This document shows, one piece after another, positions 27,225 to 40,716 of a stretch of 64,000 nucleotides of DNA. The notes beneath the pieces are model-generated. The model saw only the letters and a list, made by a program, of their open reading frames with translations, ran no database searches and was not told the DNA's origin. The translations under genes were made by a program, and so were the position numbers. The number at the start of each line of letters is the position of its first letter. The stretch's first letter is position 1. Source of the DNA: Eledone cirrhosa (lineage: Eukaryota); NCBI GenBank assembly GCA_964016885.1, contig OZ024741.1, positions 215,078,001-215,142,000 of the forward strand, given 5' to 3'.

Positions 27225-30200
27225 TACATAGACTGACACACACAGGCAGACACATACACACACACAGGCAGACACATACATACACACACACACAGGCAGA
27301 CACATACACTAATACACAGGCAGACGCATACACACACACAGGCAGACACATACACTAACACACAGGCAGACGCATACACACACACAGGCAGACACATACA
27401 CACACACACAGGCAGACACATACACTCACACACACAGGCAGACACATACACACACACACAGGCAGACACGTACACACACACACAGGCAGACACATACACT
27501 CACACACAGGCAGACACATACACTCACACACACAGGCAGACACATACACTCACACACAGGCAGACACATACACTCACACACACAGGCAGACACATACACT
27601 CACACACAGGCAGACACATACACTCACACACAGGCAGACACATACACTCACACACACAGGCAGACACATACACTCACACACATAGGCAGACACATACACT
27701 CACACACAGGCAGACACATACACTCACACACAGGCAGACACATACACTCACACACAGAGGCAGACACATACACTCACACACACAGGCAGACACATACACT
27801 CACACACAGGCAGACACATACACTCACACACACAGGCAGACACATACACTCACACACACAGGCAGACACATACACTCACACACAGGCAGACACATACACT
27901 CACACACAGGCAGACACATACACTCACACACACAGGCAGACACATACACTCACACACACAGGCAGACACATACACACACACACACAGGCAGACACATACA
28001 CACACACACATAGGCAGACACATACACTCACACACAGGCAGACACATACACTCACACACAGGCAGACACATAGACTCACACACAGGCAGACACATACACT
28101 CACACACAGGCAGACACATACACTCACACACACAGGCAGACACATACACTCACACACACAGGCAGACACATACACACACACACACAGGCAGACACATACA
28201 CTCACACACACAGGCAGACACATACACTCACACACAGGCAGACACATACACTCACACACACAGGCAGACACATACACTCACACACACAGGCAGACACATA
28301 CACACACACAAGCAGACACATACACACACACAGGCAGACACATACACACACACACAGGCAGACACATACACTAACACACAGGCAGACGCATACACACACA
28401 CACACAGGCAGACACATACACTCACACACACTGGCAGACACATACACACACACACAGGCAGACAGATACACTCACACACACAGGCAGACACGTACACACA
28501 CACACAGGCAGACACATACACTCACACACAGGCAGACACATACACTCACACACACAGGCAGACACATACACTCACACACACAGGCAGACACATACACTCA
28601 CACACACAGGCAGACACATACACACACACAGGCAGACACATACACTCACACGCACAGGCAGACACATACACTCACACACAGGCATACACATACACACACA
28701 CACAGGCAGACACATACACTCACACACACAGGCAGAAACATACACTCACACGCACAGGCAGACACATACACTCACACACAGGCAGACACATACACACACA
28801 CACAGGCAGACACATACACGCACACACACAGGCAGAAACATACACTCACACACACAGGCAGACACATACACTCACACACAGGCAGACACATACTCACACA
28901 CACAGGCAGACACATACACTCACACACACAGGCAGACACATACACTCACACACAGGCAGACACATACTCACACACACAGGCAGACACATACACTCACACA
29001 CAGGCAGACACATACACTCACACACACAGGCAGACACATACACTCACACACAGGCAGACACATACACTCACACACAGGCAGACACATACTCACACACACA
29101 GGCAGACACATACACTCACACACACAGGCAGAAACATACACTCACACACAGGCAGACACATACACACACACACACAGGCAGACACATACACACACACACA
29201 CAGGCAGACACATACACACACACAGGCAGACACATACACTCACACACAGGCAGACACATACACGCACACACAGGCAGACACATACACTCACACACACAGG
29301 CAGACACATACGCTCACACACAGGCTGACACATACACTCACACACACAGGCAGACACATACACACACACAAGCAGACACATACACACACACAGGCAGACA
29401 CATACACACACACACAGGCAGACACATACACACACACAGGCAGACACATACACACACACACAGGCAGACACATACACACACACAGGCAGACACATACACT
29501 CACACACAGGCAGACACATACACTCACACACACAGGCAGACGCATACACACACACACAGGCAGACACATACACACACACACAGGCAGACACATACACTCA
29601 CACAGACAGGCAGACACGTACACACACACACAGGCAGACACATACACTCATACACAGGCAGACACATGCACTCACACACACAGGCAGACACATACACTCA
29701 CACACACAGGCAGACACATACACTCACAGACAGGCAGACACATACACACACACACAGGCAGACACATACACTCACACACACAGGCAGACACATACGCTCA
29801 CACGCACAGGCAGACACATACACTCACACACAGGCAGACACATACTCACACACACAGGCAGACACATACACTCACACACACAGGCAGAAACATACACTCA
29901 CACACAGGCAGACACATACACACACACACACAGGCAGACACATACACACACACAGGCAGACACATACACACACACACAGGCAGACACATACACTCACACA
30001 CAGGCAGACACATACACGCACACACAGGCAGACACATACACTCACACACACAGGCAGACACATACACTCACACACAGGCAGACACATACACACACACACA
30101 CAGGAAGACACACACACACACACACACACAGGCAGACACATACACACACACACAGGCAGACACATACACACACACACACAGGCAGACACATACACACACA

Positions 30201-30900
30201 CACAGGCAGACACATACACTCACACACAGGCAGACACATACTCACACACACAGGCAGACACATACACTCACACACAGGCAGACACATACACGCACACACA
30301 CAGGCAGACGCATACACTCACACGCACAGGCAGACACATACACACTCACACACACAGGCAGACACATACACTCACACACACAGGCAGACACATACACTCA
30401 CACACACAGGCAGACACATACACTCACACACAGGCAGACACATACACACACACACAGGCAGACACATACACTCACACACACAGGCAGACACATACACTCA
30501 CACACAGGCAGACACATACTCACACACACAGGCAGACACATACACTCACACACAGGCAGACACATACACACATACACAGACAGAAACATACACTCACACA
30601 CAGGCAGACACATACACACACACACACAGGCAGACACATACACACACACAGGCAGACACATACACACACACACAGGCAGACACATACACTCACACACAGG
30701 CAGACACATACACGCACACACAGGCAGACACATACACTCACACACACAGGCAGACACATACACTCACACACAGGCAGACACACACACACACACACACAGG
30801 CAGACACATACACACACACACACAGGCAGACACATACACACACACACGGGCAGACACATACACTCACACACACAGGCAGACACATACACGCACACACACA
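27225..30900. repeat. Minisatellite, ~20-26-bp unit (CA)n-GGCAGACACATACACT
   Basis: About 3.7 kb of tandem copies with a variable (CA) spacer. Confidence 0.97.
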
Positions 30901-31412
30901 CAGACACACACGTATGCTATATATACCAAGAGATATATATACACAATGACATACACATACAGAGACTACATACACCCACATACATACACACAGAGACACA
31001 TGAACACACACATACAAATACACAGTCACACACGTATAATATATATACCAAAAGATAACACACAAAGACATACACACACGTATAATATATATACCAAGCG
31101 ATAACACACAGAGACATAACACACACACACACACACACATATATGAACACAGACACACATACACACATAGATACACACACATATACTATATATACCAAGA
31201 GACATACAAAGGCATACACACACATACACACACAGACACACACATACATAGACACAAACACACAGTCACACACACAGGTACACACATACACACACACACA
31301 CACACACGTATACTATATATACCAAGAGATAACACACAAAGACACACACACACAGACAAACACACAGACACACACATACATAGACACAAACACACAATCA
31401 CACACACAGGTA

Positions 31413-31447
<35 letters not shown>

Positions 31448-31560
31448 GTATACTATATATACCAAGAGATAACACACACAGACACACACAAACAGACAAA
31501 TACACAGACACACATATACACAAACATACACATACAAACACAATCACACACAAGTATACT
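30900..31560. repeat. Degenerate CA-rich repeat with recurring CGTATACTATATATACCAAGAGAT motif
   Basis: The motif recurs at about 30911, 31034, 31079, 31181, 31307 and 31448. Confidence 0.75.
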
Positions 31561-31776
31561 ATTTGGCTGATGAAGTATGAAATTTGTAGAAATTTCTAAT
31601 AAAACAACAAATTTCTACAAATGCCATACTTGATACGCAAACACCCACACATATCCGTTAAGAGCTAACAGCTGCGTAATCAATATTGTAATATTATTTA
31701 TTACTCATTGAAATTCATCTCATATATTTAGTTGATTAAAGCATTTTCCTCTCATCTATCACTTTGATTACTTGGA

Positions 31777-31823
<47 letters not shown>

Positions 31824-31830
<7 letters not shown>

Positions 31831-32171
31831 GTGAAGTTTTTTTTACAAAATGAAAAATAACCGAGGTGTCCTACACGAGTGAAAGTATAAAGAAAAAGAG
31901 ATGAAATCGAAAATGCAACTGGAGTCTTATTTTTTTTAAAATATATATATTTATTTGGTTCCTTTACCGGTTTCGCAGTTCTTCTGTTTTTCAAAAGGTG
32001 AGTTGAGATGGAGGGTCTGTGGTTTTTCTCGTGAGAAAAACCACAGAGCCTCCATCTCAACTCACCTTTTGAAAAACAGAAGAACTGCGAAACCGGTAAA
32101 GGAACCAAATAAATATATATATTTTTAAAAAAAATAAGACTCCAGTTGCATTTTCGATTTCATCACTTTTT

Positions 32172-32180
<9 letters not shown>
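31824..32180. mobile_element. Family D pLTR palindrome (arms 31886-32030 and 32033-32179, tail 31824-31885)
   Basis: HHRs at 31961-31998 (-) and 32065-32102 (+): CCTT-TTGAAAA-ACAG aagaa CTGC-GAAA-CCGG-TA-AAGG; (TA)n flanks. Confidence 0.88.
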
Positions 32181-32253
<73 letters not shown>

Positions 32254-32356
32254 AGAAATGTAAGCTATCGCCGTATTTTGACAAAAGAAATTAAAGAAAT
32301 TATTTAGCCTGATAGTGGGGTTAAGAACCCTCGGAGAAATGGAAAAAGGTGAGTAT

Positions 32357-32428
32357 TGACGTACATGGGAGTCGAACCCACATCTTTGTTTATCCGGACC
32401 GCTGTACTACCATTTACACCAACACATC
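32357..32428 (-). ncRNA. tRNA-like cloverleaf, inverted copy
   Basis: Minus strand: GATGTGTTGGTGTAAATGGTAGTACAGCGGTCCGGATAAACAAAGATGTGGGTTCGACTCCCATGTACGTCA. Confidence 0.7.
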
Positions 32429-32461
32429 ACCCTGATGTGTTGGTGTAAATGGTAGCACAGT

Positions 32462-32533
32462 GATGTGTTGGTCTAAATGGTATCACAGTGGTCCGGATAA
32501 CCAAAGATGTGGGTTCGACTTCCATGTACGTCA
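32462..32533 (+). ncRNA. tRNA-like cloverleaf (not a canonical tRNA gene)
   Basis: Acceptor GATGTGT/GTACGTC, A box TGGTC/GTAAATGG, anticodon arm TGGT-CCGGATA-ACCA, T arm GTGGG-TTCGACT-TCCAT; lacks U33. Confidence 0.7.
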
Positions 32534-32786
32534 ATACTCATCTTTTTCCATTTCTCCGAGGGTTCTTAACCCCACTATCAGGCTAAATAATTTCATTAAT
32601 TTCTTTAGTCAAAGTACGGCGATAGCTTACATTTCTAATAATTTCAAACCCACTCGCTGTTTCGAAAATATTCTTACTATATATATATATATATATATTA
32701 TGATATATATATACATACATAGACACATACATACATGTATACATACATGCATAGATACATACGTGTATCTATGTATACATGTGTAT

Positions 32787-32829
<43 letters not shown>

Positions 32830-32838
32830 TATATATAG

Positions 32839-33279
32839 CTAAGGCGGGTAACATTCCCGAGATCCATGGACGAGTTCTCTCCAGCGGTCTCTGTCCCTCA
32901 TTATCGCTGCCATGTCCTGCGTCTCCAACAGACCAGTGTCTGTCCTCAGGGCATCAACATACGTTAACCTTGGTCTTCCTCTTCTAGTGTGTCCATGTAG
33001 GGGCTCCCACAGGAGCACTGAGTGCAATGTCAACTCTGGATGTCGGTGCTGTAGTGGAGTCTGTGCTACTGTACGGGTCTGAGACTTGGACACTGACCAA
33101 GAAACTCACTCAGATGGTGGATGGGTGCTACACGAGATTGCTGGGGATGACTCTGAACATTAATCAGTATACACTGAGGTTGAAAAACTCAGAGCTGTAT
33201 GGGAGCATCCCAAAAGTCAGCTCAAAAGTGACACAGAGGAGATTGAGGTTAACTGGACATGCTCACCGACATCCAAAGT

Positions 33280-33282
<3 letters not shown>
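32839..33282. mobile_element. RTE-type LINE 3' fragment with 5' inversion
   Basis: Plus strand 33047-33281: AVVESVLLYGSETWTL..RRLRLTGHAHRHP. Minus strand 33046-32839 continues [32 protein letters not shown]. Confidence 0.85.
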
Positions 33283-33309
<27 letters not shown>

Positions 33310-33315
<6 letters not shown>

Positions 33316-33826
33316 ATGCTTTGGGAGGGTCATGTTGCCAATAAGAAACACACGCACCAGCTGCTTTCACTTCAATTTATTATAAATTAAATTTATAAAT
33401 TTAGGAATTTATAAATTTCCGGTTGGTTGGTTGGTTCTACAACCAGATGATTGTTCATATATTGACAAAGTTCTTTCGTCGCACATTATGTGACCTCTTC
33501 AGTGACTGGGGATTCTTTTCTTTGTTTTTGTGCCTCTCCTTTGTTCTGTCCTACGCCATCTTGTTTTTGTTGTGTCCTTAGTTTGCGCATGTGTTACATC
33601 CGGGTGTCTGTGTGTGTTTATATTTGTTTATTTATTTGTTTATTTACATGGTATTGGTTGGTTGTATATTCTATGTGTGTGTGTGTTTTCATTTTGTCCT
33701 TAATTGTAAGTTGTGATGTTGCTTCTTCCATTCATGTTTTCTATTATACCTCCCAAAGAATAACAATATCGGTTTCAACACACACTTTCAGATAAAGAAT
33801 CTTGCTAAACAAATTCAGAAACGAAA
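33310..33826 (-). mobile_element. PLE family A pLTR (HHR 33463-33507) with short inverted tail segment
   Basis: Homologous to 100-540; 33748-33826 is the plus-strand tail seen at 24486-24565. Confidence 0.85.
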
Positions 33827-33848
33827 TATATATATATATATATATATA

Positions 33849-34042
33849 ACGAAGGAAATGTGGTAAGGAACCAGGTGGACCATAACGCACCAAAGTACTC
33901 AATACTTGAGGTAGTAGAGTGGGTAATAGGAACCAGTAAGACCCCGACAGCTGAGCTCAAGCCGTTTCGACGGCTAATTCTGGACGAGTCCAGAATTAGC
34001 CGTCGAAACGGCTTGAGCTCAGCTGTCGGGGTCTTACTGGTT

Positions 34043-34046
<4 letters not shown>
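33849..34046. mobile_element. Family B short palindrome (arms 33927-33985 and 33988-34046) with tail
   Basis: Perfect ~59-bp inverted repeat between (TA)n tracts. Confidence 0.8.
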
Positions 34047-34093
<47 letters not shown>

Positions 34094-34362
34094 CGTTTCT
34101 GAAAGCACACCATAATTTAACGTGGTGTCCTTGAAATATGTATAATACAATAAATATGGTTTTATAAATATAGTTTCCATTTGATAATATCGTATGTTTA
34201 CTCCAAATACTTGTTGAGTGCTTTATACAGTTATAAAAATATTTGCTTGTTGTATCCCAACAATTTAAATAGAACTTTTGCATATATATATATATATATA
34301 TATATCTGGTATGTATTGAGTACCTTACTTACTGTGGTTATCCCCGATTTAACCCGGGATCT

Positions 34363-34402
<40 letters not shown>

Positions 34403-34403
<1 letters not shown>

Positions 34404-34607
34404 GTTTTAATATAGATGAGATTCTACAGGACTAGAACTGTTTCATTCATTTGAAATCATCAGGAATCTCCTGAGATTCCTGATGATTTCAAATGAATGA
34501 AACAGTTCTAGTCCTGTAGAATCTCATCTATATTAAAACTGTTATACTCTGCTATGTATTGAGTACCTTACTTACTGTGGTTACCTCCGATTCAACCCGG
34601 AATAACG
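34403..34607. mobile_element. Family E pLTR palindrome (arms 34403-34470 and 34473-34540, tail 34541-34607)
   Basis: HHRs at 34418-34470 (-) and 34473-34525 (+): GAGATTC-CTGATGA-T-TTC aaat GAA-T-GAAA-CAG ttctagtc CTG-TA-GAATCTC; solo tail copy at 34310-34362. Confidence 0.88.
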
Positions 34608-34657
<50 letters not shown>

Positions 34658-34709
34658 AGAGATAGACAGATAGATAGATAGATAGATAGGTAAATAGATA
34701 GATAGATAT

Positions 34710-37516
34710 GTTTCTTTATTAGCCACAGGGGCACAAAAGAAGGGGACAAATACAAAGGGGGAAGTTTACATACAATAAAAATGTATAAAATACTATCACA
34801 AATGCAATTTGAAAATTAATCGATTTTATATGGGTAACACATACCCCCGAAAAAAGTGTGCAACCCTCATCTCCAGGAGTACGAAGAGTGAGTACCCCTT
34901 TCCTCTCTTCGTCTTTTTCCTCAACCTACAGGCTGTTATAGAGAGAAGGCCCATCACTCGGGCCAATCTCGCCACTTTCACCCACCTTTCATAAAACTTG
35001 CTGGGGTACAGCACATCTCTCTCCATCCTGATTCTTCTTCCAAAGTGGTATTTGAAAAAAAGAACCAGTTGTTGGCCGGAGAGAAAGGTGTCTGACCTCA
35101 GCCCTTTTAACCTCGTCCACCATACAATCTCTTTCGCCATAGCTATCACAGAAAGGAAAACCGACTCTCCTTCGTTTTTGAAGGAGAGTGGTGGTTTGAT
35201 CATGACAATGGACTCGGTGGTCAACCGGATTGGTCCCACTCGCGCAATAGTCGTTCTACATAGCCCCTCAGGTCGGTAACGCCCAGGCAATGTAAGAATG
35301 CGTGCGCAACGGTTTCTTCGTCTCGCACGCATCTCGGACAGATCTTTTTCAAAGGGTCTCTGCCCGGGCGCCCGTGTCTGTAGAGTTTGTCTCGAACTGA
35401 TAGAGCTCCTCGGTAGAACTGCGAGGCAGGGACTTTTGGAAGTTGTCCATCGGTCCCGGGCAGGAGGTCCTACAGAACAGACTGGCCAGTTCGTCTTCCT
35501 CTACGCCTATAGTTTCTCCGAGTGCGTCGTCGCACTTGCTGTAGACCAACCCTCTATAGAATGACGATGTGGAGTCTCCACTGATCGCCCGGTCCACCTG
35601 CCAGAGGGCTGTGAACTCCTGAGCACATTCGATGTGCCAGTCGCCTATTTTCCTCGGTCTTTTCTTGACCCAGGACTGCAGCTCGGTCAGCGAGACGAGT
35701 CGTGGGAAGGCTCGCCTCACGAACGGGGCCCACACCGGTTGTCCGGTGAGGAATACGTGGAGGTGCCGCAGCCTGAGCGCGTGTTTGCGAATCGTCAGCC
35801 ACGGCAACCCCAACCCTCTGTTGGAAGGGTGTTGGCAGTAGATAGATCTTCTCACCAAAGGAGCCTGCTTCTTACAAAGGAATTGGAAGAGCGCGCGCTC
35901 CATTTTCGTGAGCGTTTTGGCTGCACAAGGCACGACGGTCAAGCGGTAGTAGATGACGGACGCTATAAAAGTGTTCGCCACCTCCGCTCGACCTTTCAAG
36001 GATAGTTTGCACTCGGCCCACTTCTGGGTGAGAGCAAACACCTTGGCCGTAACCTCGTTCCAGTTCTTCTTCACCTGGAGGTCCGGACCAAACCAGACCC
36101 CGAGCAGCTTCACTGGTCCTTCTGTCCAGCGTTCGACGACGCCATCGGAAGGGATCGGTTTGCCTCTCCACGATCCGAGTTGCAAACCGATGGACTTGTC
36201 CCGGTTCAGCTTCGCTCCTGTGAATCTTTCGTATTCCTCCAGTAAGGTGCCGACTTCCTCGATTTGTGAGGTGCCCGACACCATTACTGTCACTCTTTCC
36301 GCAGTCCCGGTTCCAGAGGGATGCCCTGCAATAGCTCCAACTTCCGCAGTAGTGGCTCGAGAATCAGTACGTACAGAAGGATGGATCGCGTGATATGGAA
36401 CGGCTCCGAGAGGTAGCCGTTCACCTTGACCCTTGAGCAGATGTTGCTGCTGTGCATTGCAGCAATCCATTCCTTGAACATGGGTCCGAAGCCTGCCGCC
36501 TCGAGCACCGCATCCAGGTAACGATGGTTAACCCTATCGAAAGCCTTAGACTGATCCAAGTTGATCAGGGCCCCACTGAAGCTGGGTTTACACGCAACCC
36601 TCTCTACGATGTATCGCATGAGGTGGAGGTGATCGTGTATGGACCTGGTCAGGATTGCGCATGTCTGCGCTTCTCCCACCAGGTTTTCGACGATAAGCGC
36701 CAGCCTCTTTGCCAACACCTTGGCCAAGATCTGTAACTCTGTGTTTAGCAGAGTTATGGGCCGGAAGTTGCCTATGTTATCCCCCTTATTCTCGTCCTTC
36801 CTGACTAGCGTGACATCGCCCCTGGTCACAGAACTGGGAATTCTCCCGTTCTGCTGCCAGTTGCAGTAGACCGCTTCAAGGAGAACAGAGAACAAGTCTA
36901 GCATTGCTACGTAAAATTCGTAGGGTAGACCGTCGACACCTGGAGATTTGCGTTTGCTGCATTGGCTCAGCGCGTCCCCTATCTCAGCGACTGAAATCGG
37001 CCTTTCGCATAACTTCGCCGCGCTGTCCGAGAGTCGCGGTAGGCCGTCGAGGTTTGGACCGAAATCCATAACCCCTCCCGGCGCGTTGCCCTGCCCGAAC
37101 ACGTGAGCAAAGTGCCGCTAAAAGGCCGCGCACATCTGCTTCGGCTCACGTTTCATTCATCCTTCTTGTTCCTTCAAAGACCGAAGCGTGGACTTGTTGT
37201 CACTTTTCGCCTCCGTCACCCGGGCCCAGCTAATAGCTTTGGCTCCCTCGTTACCCAGAGCACGTATTTTGCTTCTGACAACGCAGCCCTCGTGCTTTGC
37301 GTCAAAGAACTGGTCCAAGGCCGTTCTCGTTGCTAGCACGCTGGCTACGTTGCCACTTCTAATTGCCTCTTCTACTTTATCTACCAGTTCCTTCTCGGTC
37401 CTATTTCTATTTAACGGTAATTCTTTACTAAAAACTAACGAGTCTAATCTAACTGCCCTCTTGAGAGAGTACTGTTTAACTAAAGTGCTAATCCGTCTAC
37501 TGTAGGCTTTGCATGT
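34710..37516 (-). mobile_element. 5'-truncated Tx1/L1-clade LINE (decayed ORF2)
   Basis: KSPGVDGLPYEFY, NFRPITLLN, LINLDQSKAFDRVNH, GAKLNRDKS, KLLGVWFG, LSLKGRAEVAN, GLGLP; AATAAA at the 3' end; (GATA)n on both sides; QG and YADD motifs deleted. Confidence 0.9.
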
Positions 37517-37543
37517 CGATAGATAGATAGATACATTCATTTA

Positions 37544-37609
<66 letters not shown>

Positions 37610-37740
37610 GATAAATCTACCAAGAGTTTACGGTAGTGTCCAATCCGTATGAAGAACTCAATGTATTCCGGATATCATGGAAAGAAGAGATGTAATGAAA
37701 AATCACTTTCGGTGAAAGATAAACGGTATACAGAGTCAAG

Positions 37741-38214
37741 ATAAAATATTAAACAAATAATGAATAAACAATTCCTTATATTAAACAAAAAAAGTTCATT
37801 ATTTAACGATCGTTTCTAGGATATATATGTGTTAGAATTGGTATGCATATTCAACAGATCTATGTACAAAATTATACAAAATTATACAAATTATCAAGAT
37901 TAAATATACATACCAACACATATATACGCCGTCTTCAGAAATAATGAAGTATATTTATTGATAATAACAACAATTCAAAATTTCAGGTCCGTTTGGGAAC
38001 AAAATTGACCAATGAAAACACAAAGGGTTAAATGCAGTTCGGTGTGTGTATATACATGTAAAACCCTTACACATATTTTACAAAAATGTATGTATAATTT
38101 GTATACGCATACTAAAAGGATGGATGCAAATACAAAATTTCAAGGTTAATGTCTCTGTAAGTTTATAATGCACAGATAAGATGCGTATTGACACAAGTAT
38201 GAAATTAAGTATAT

Positions 38215-38246
<32 letters not shown>

Positions 38247-38612
38247 TTTCATACTCACACATATCCGTACAATCACACATACACGCGCGTATATGCATAA
38301 ATATACACATAACCACGAACATACAAACACACACACACCCCCACTCACATTTATATATGTGGATATAAAATCATAAGCACATGGATATTAATTCACTCAC
38401 ATAAAACACTGGCACACACATTTTTAGATCAAGATACAGAAATTAGGTGGGAGGGGGGGGAGAGGTCAGTATTCAACGGTCTGAGCAGACTGCCTAATAT
38501 AGATGTATCTATAAACTAAGAAAATAAAAATAAAAAATAATAAATAAACATTAAAGAGGAAAGAATAGAAAGAAAAAAGAAAAAAGAAAAAAGAAAAAAG
38601 AAATATATCAAG

Positions 38613-38656
<44 letters not shown>

Positions 38657-38865
38657 CACATATATATATATATATATATACACACACATATATATATAAT
38701 ATACATATATATACACATAGACACACACACACATATATAAATATACACACATATACAAACACATACATACATATACACACATCCACACTAAGAACATACA
38801 TACACACACATATATAAACATATACATATACACACATACATACATACACACATATACATACAAAT

Positions 38866-38916
<51 letters not shown>

Positions 38917-39544
38917 TATGTATATACACGTACATATACACACACATATACATATAATCACACATACTATATAGACACACATATATATAACCACACACAT
39001 ACATGCACATATACAACACTTACATACTAATATACATACAGATATACACATACATAGCTATATATACACACAAATATATACAGACTTACATATATACATA
39101 CAGACAAATACTTACGCATCTATATATCGGTATATACATACAAACACCACTACACTATCACACAACTTAGAAATACAAAGAGAAAGGTATATACCTATAC
39201 ACACATACATATACAAATAGAAAAACATATAGATATATATATATATATATATACACACACATATATATATACATATATATATATAACATATATATATACA
39301 TATATATACACATACATATACACATACACACACATACACATACACACACATACATACATGTACACACACATAGAAATATATACGCATACACACATACACA
39401 CATACATATAAAGTCATACACACACAAACACCTACACGAACATACACATACACATATATAAAGATATATATACACACACACACACACACAACACATACAC
39501 ACATACACATATATATAAAAAAAATAAATAATAAAGATATATAC

Positions 39545-39599
<55 letters not shown>

Positions 39600-39946
39600 C
39601 ACATATATATACATACACATACACACACACATACATAGACATACATGTACATACATACACGTACATCGATATACATACATATATATATACACACATAGAC
39701 ATATACATACATACACACACAACTTACATACACACATATATATACATGTATATTCATACATAGAATTAGATATATAATCATACATACATATGCACTTACT
39801 TATACTCATATATACAAATACATACGCATCCATATATGCGTATATACATAAAAACACAACTACAACCTCACCTAACTCAGACATACAAATAAAAATAAAA
39901 AGGCATATGTATATACATACATACACGCATTAATAGAGACATATAT

Positions 39947-40018
<72 letters not shown>

Positions 40019-40261
40019 ATTCATATATATATATATATATAGATACCCACACACACATACCACCATAAATACACATACAAACACCCACATATACATATAT
40101 ATACACACGTATATATATATATATATATACACACACATAAAAAACAGACATGCACATATATATATATTTTTTTACACTTATATATACACATATTATATAC
40201 ACATACACAACCTCACATATACACATATACACATAAGTTATATTATAATAATAAAAAAAAA

Positions 40262-40316
<55 letters not shown>

Positions 40317-40403
40317 CATATATATATATATATATAGATATAAACATATACATACATATATACACACATACGAATATAGACATATAATCACACATAGACA
40401 CCC

Positions 40404-40438
<35 letters not shown>

Positions 40439-40685
40439 TACATATACACAGACACATATACACACTCACATATATATGTGTGTGCACACACACATATATA
40501 CACACATACACATATATACACATAAACACATATATGTGCATACATGCACACACACACACATATATCACATAGATACGAAGATAGACATATAAATAGAGAG
40601 ACATACATATATATACAACACACATACACACACATACATACACACACATATACACATACATATATATATATATATATTTCTATAT

Positions 40686-40716
<31 letters not shown>

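Larger units (their letters stand above)
32250..32678. mobile_element. Head-to-head palindromic element with tRNA-like heads (arms 32250-32430 and 32460-32640, tail to 32678)
   Basis: Inverted arms, a 28-bp partial head duplication at 32433-32460, (TA)n flanks. Confidence 0.8.

Noticed and set aside
27225-30900. CRISPR-like repeat-spacer appearance
   Set aside because: The spacers are just (CA)n rather than unique sequences; the context is eukaryotic and there are no cas genes.
29666-30949. 427-aa His/Thr/Gln-rich ORF
   Set aside because: It is a translation of the CA-rich minisatellite; the repeat unit lacks stop codons and there is no domain signal.
32462-32533. Functional tRNA gene (anticodon GGA)
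   Set aside because: No U33, a weak acceptor stem with several G-U pairs, and embedded in a repeat palindrome; kept only as tRNA-like.
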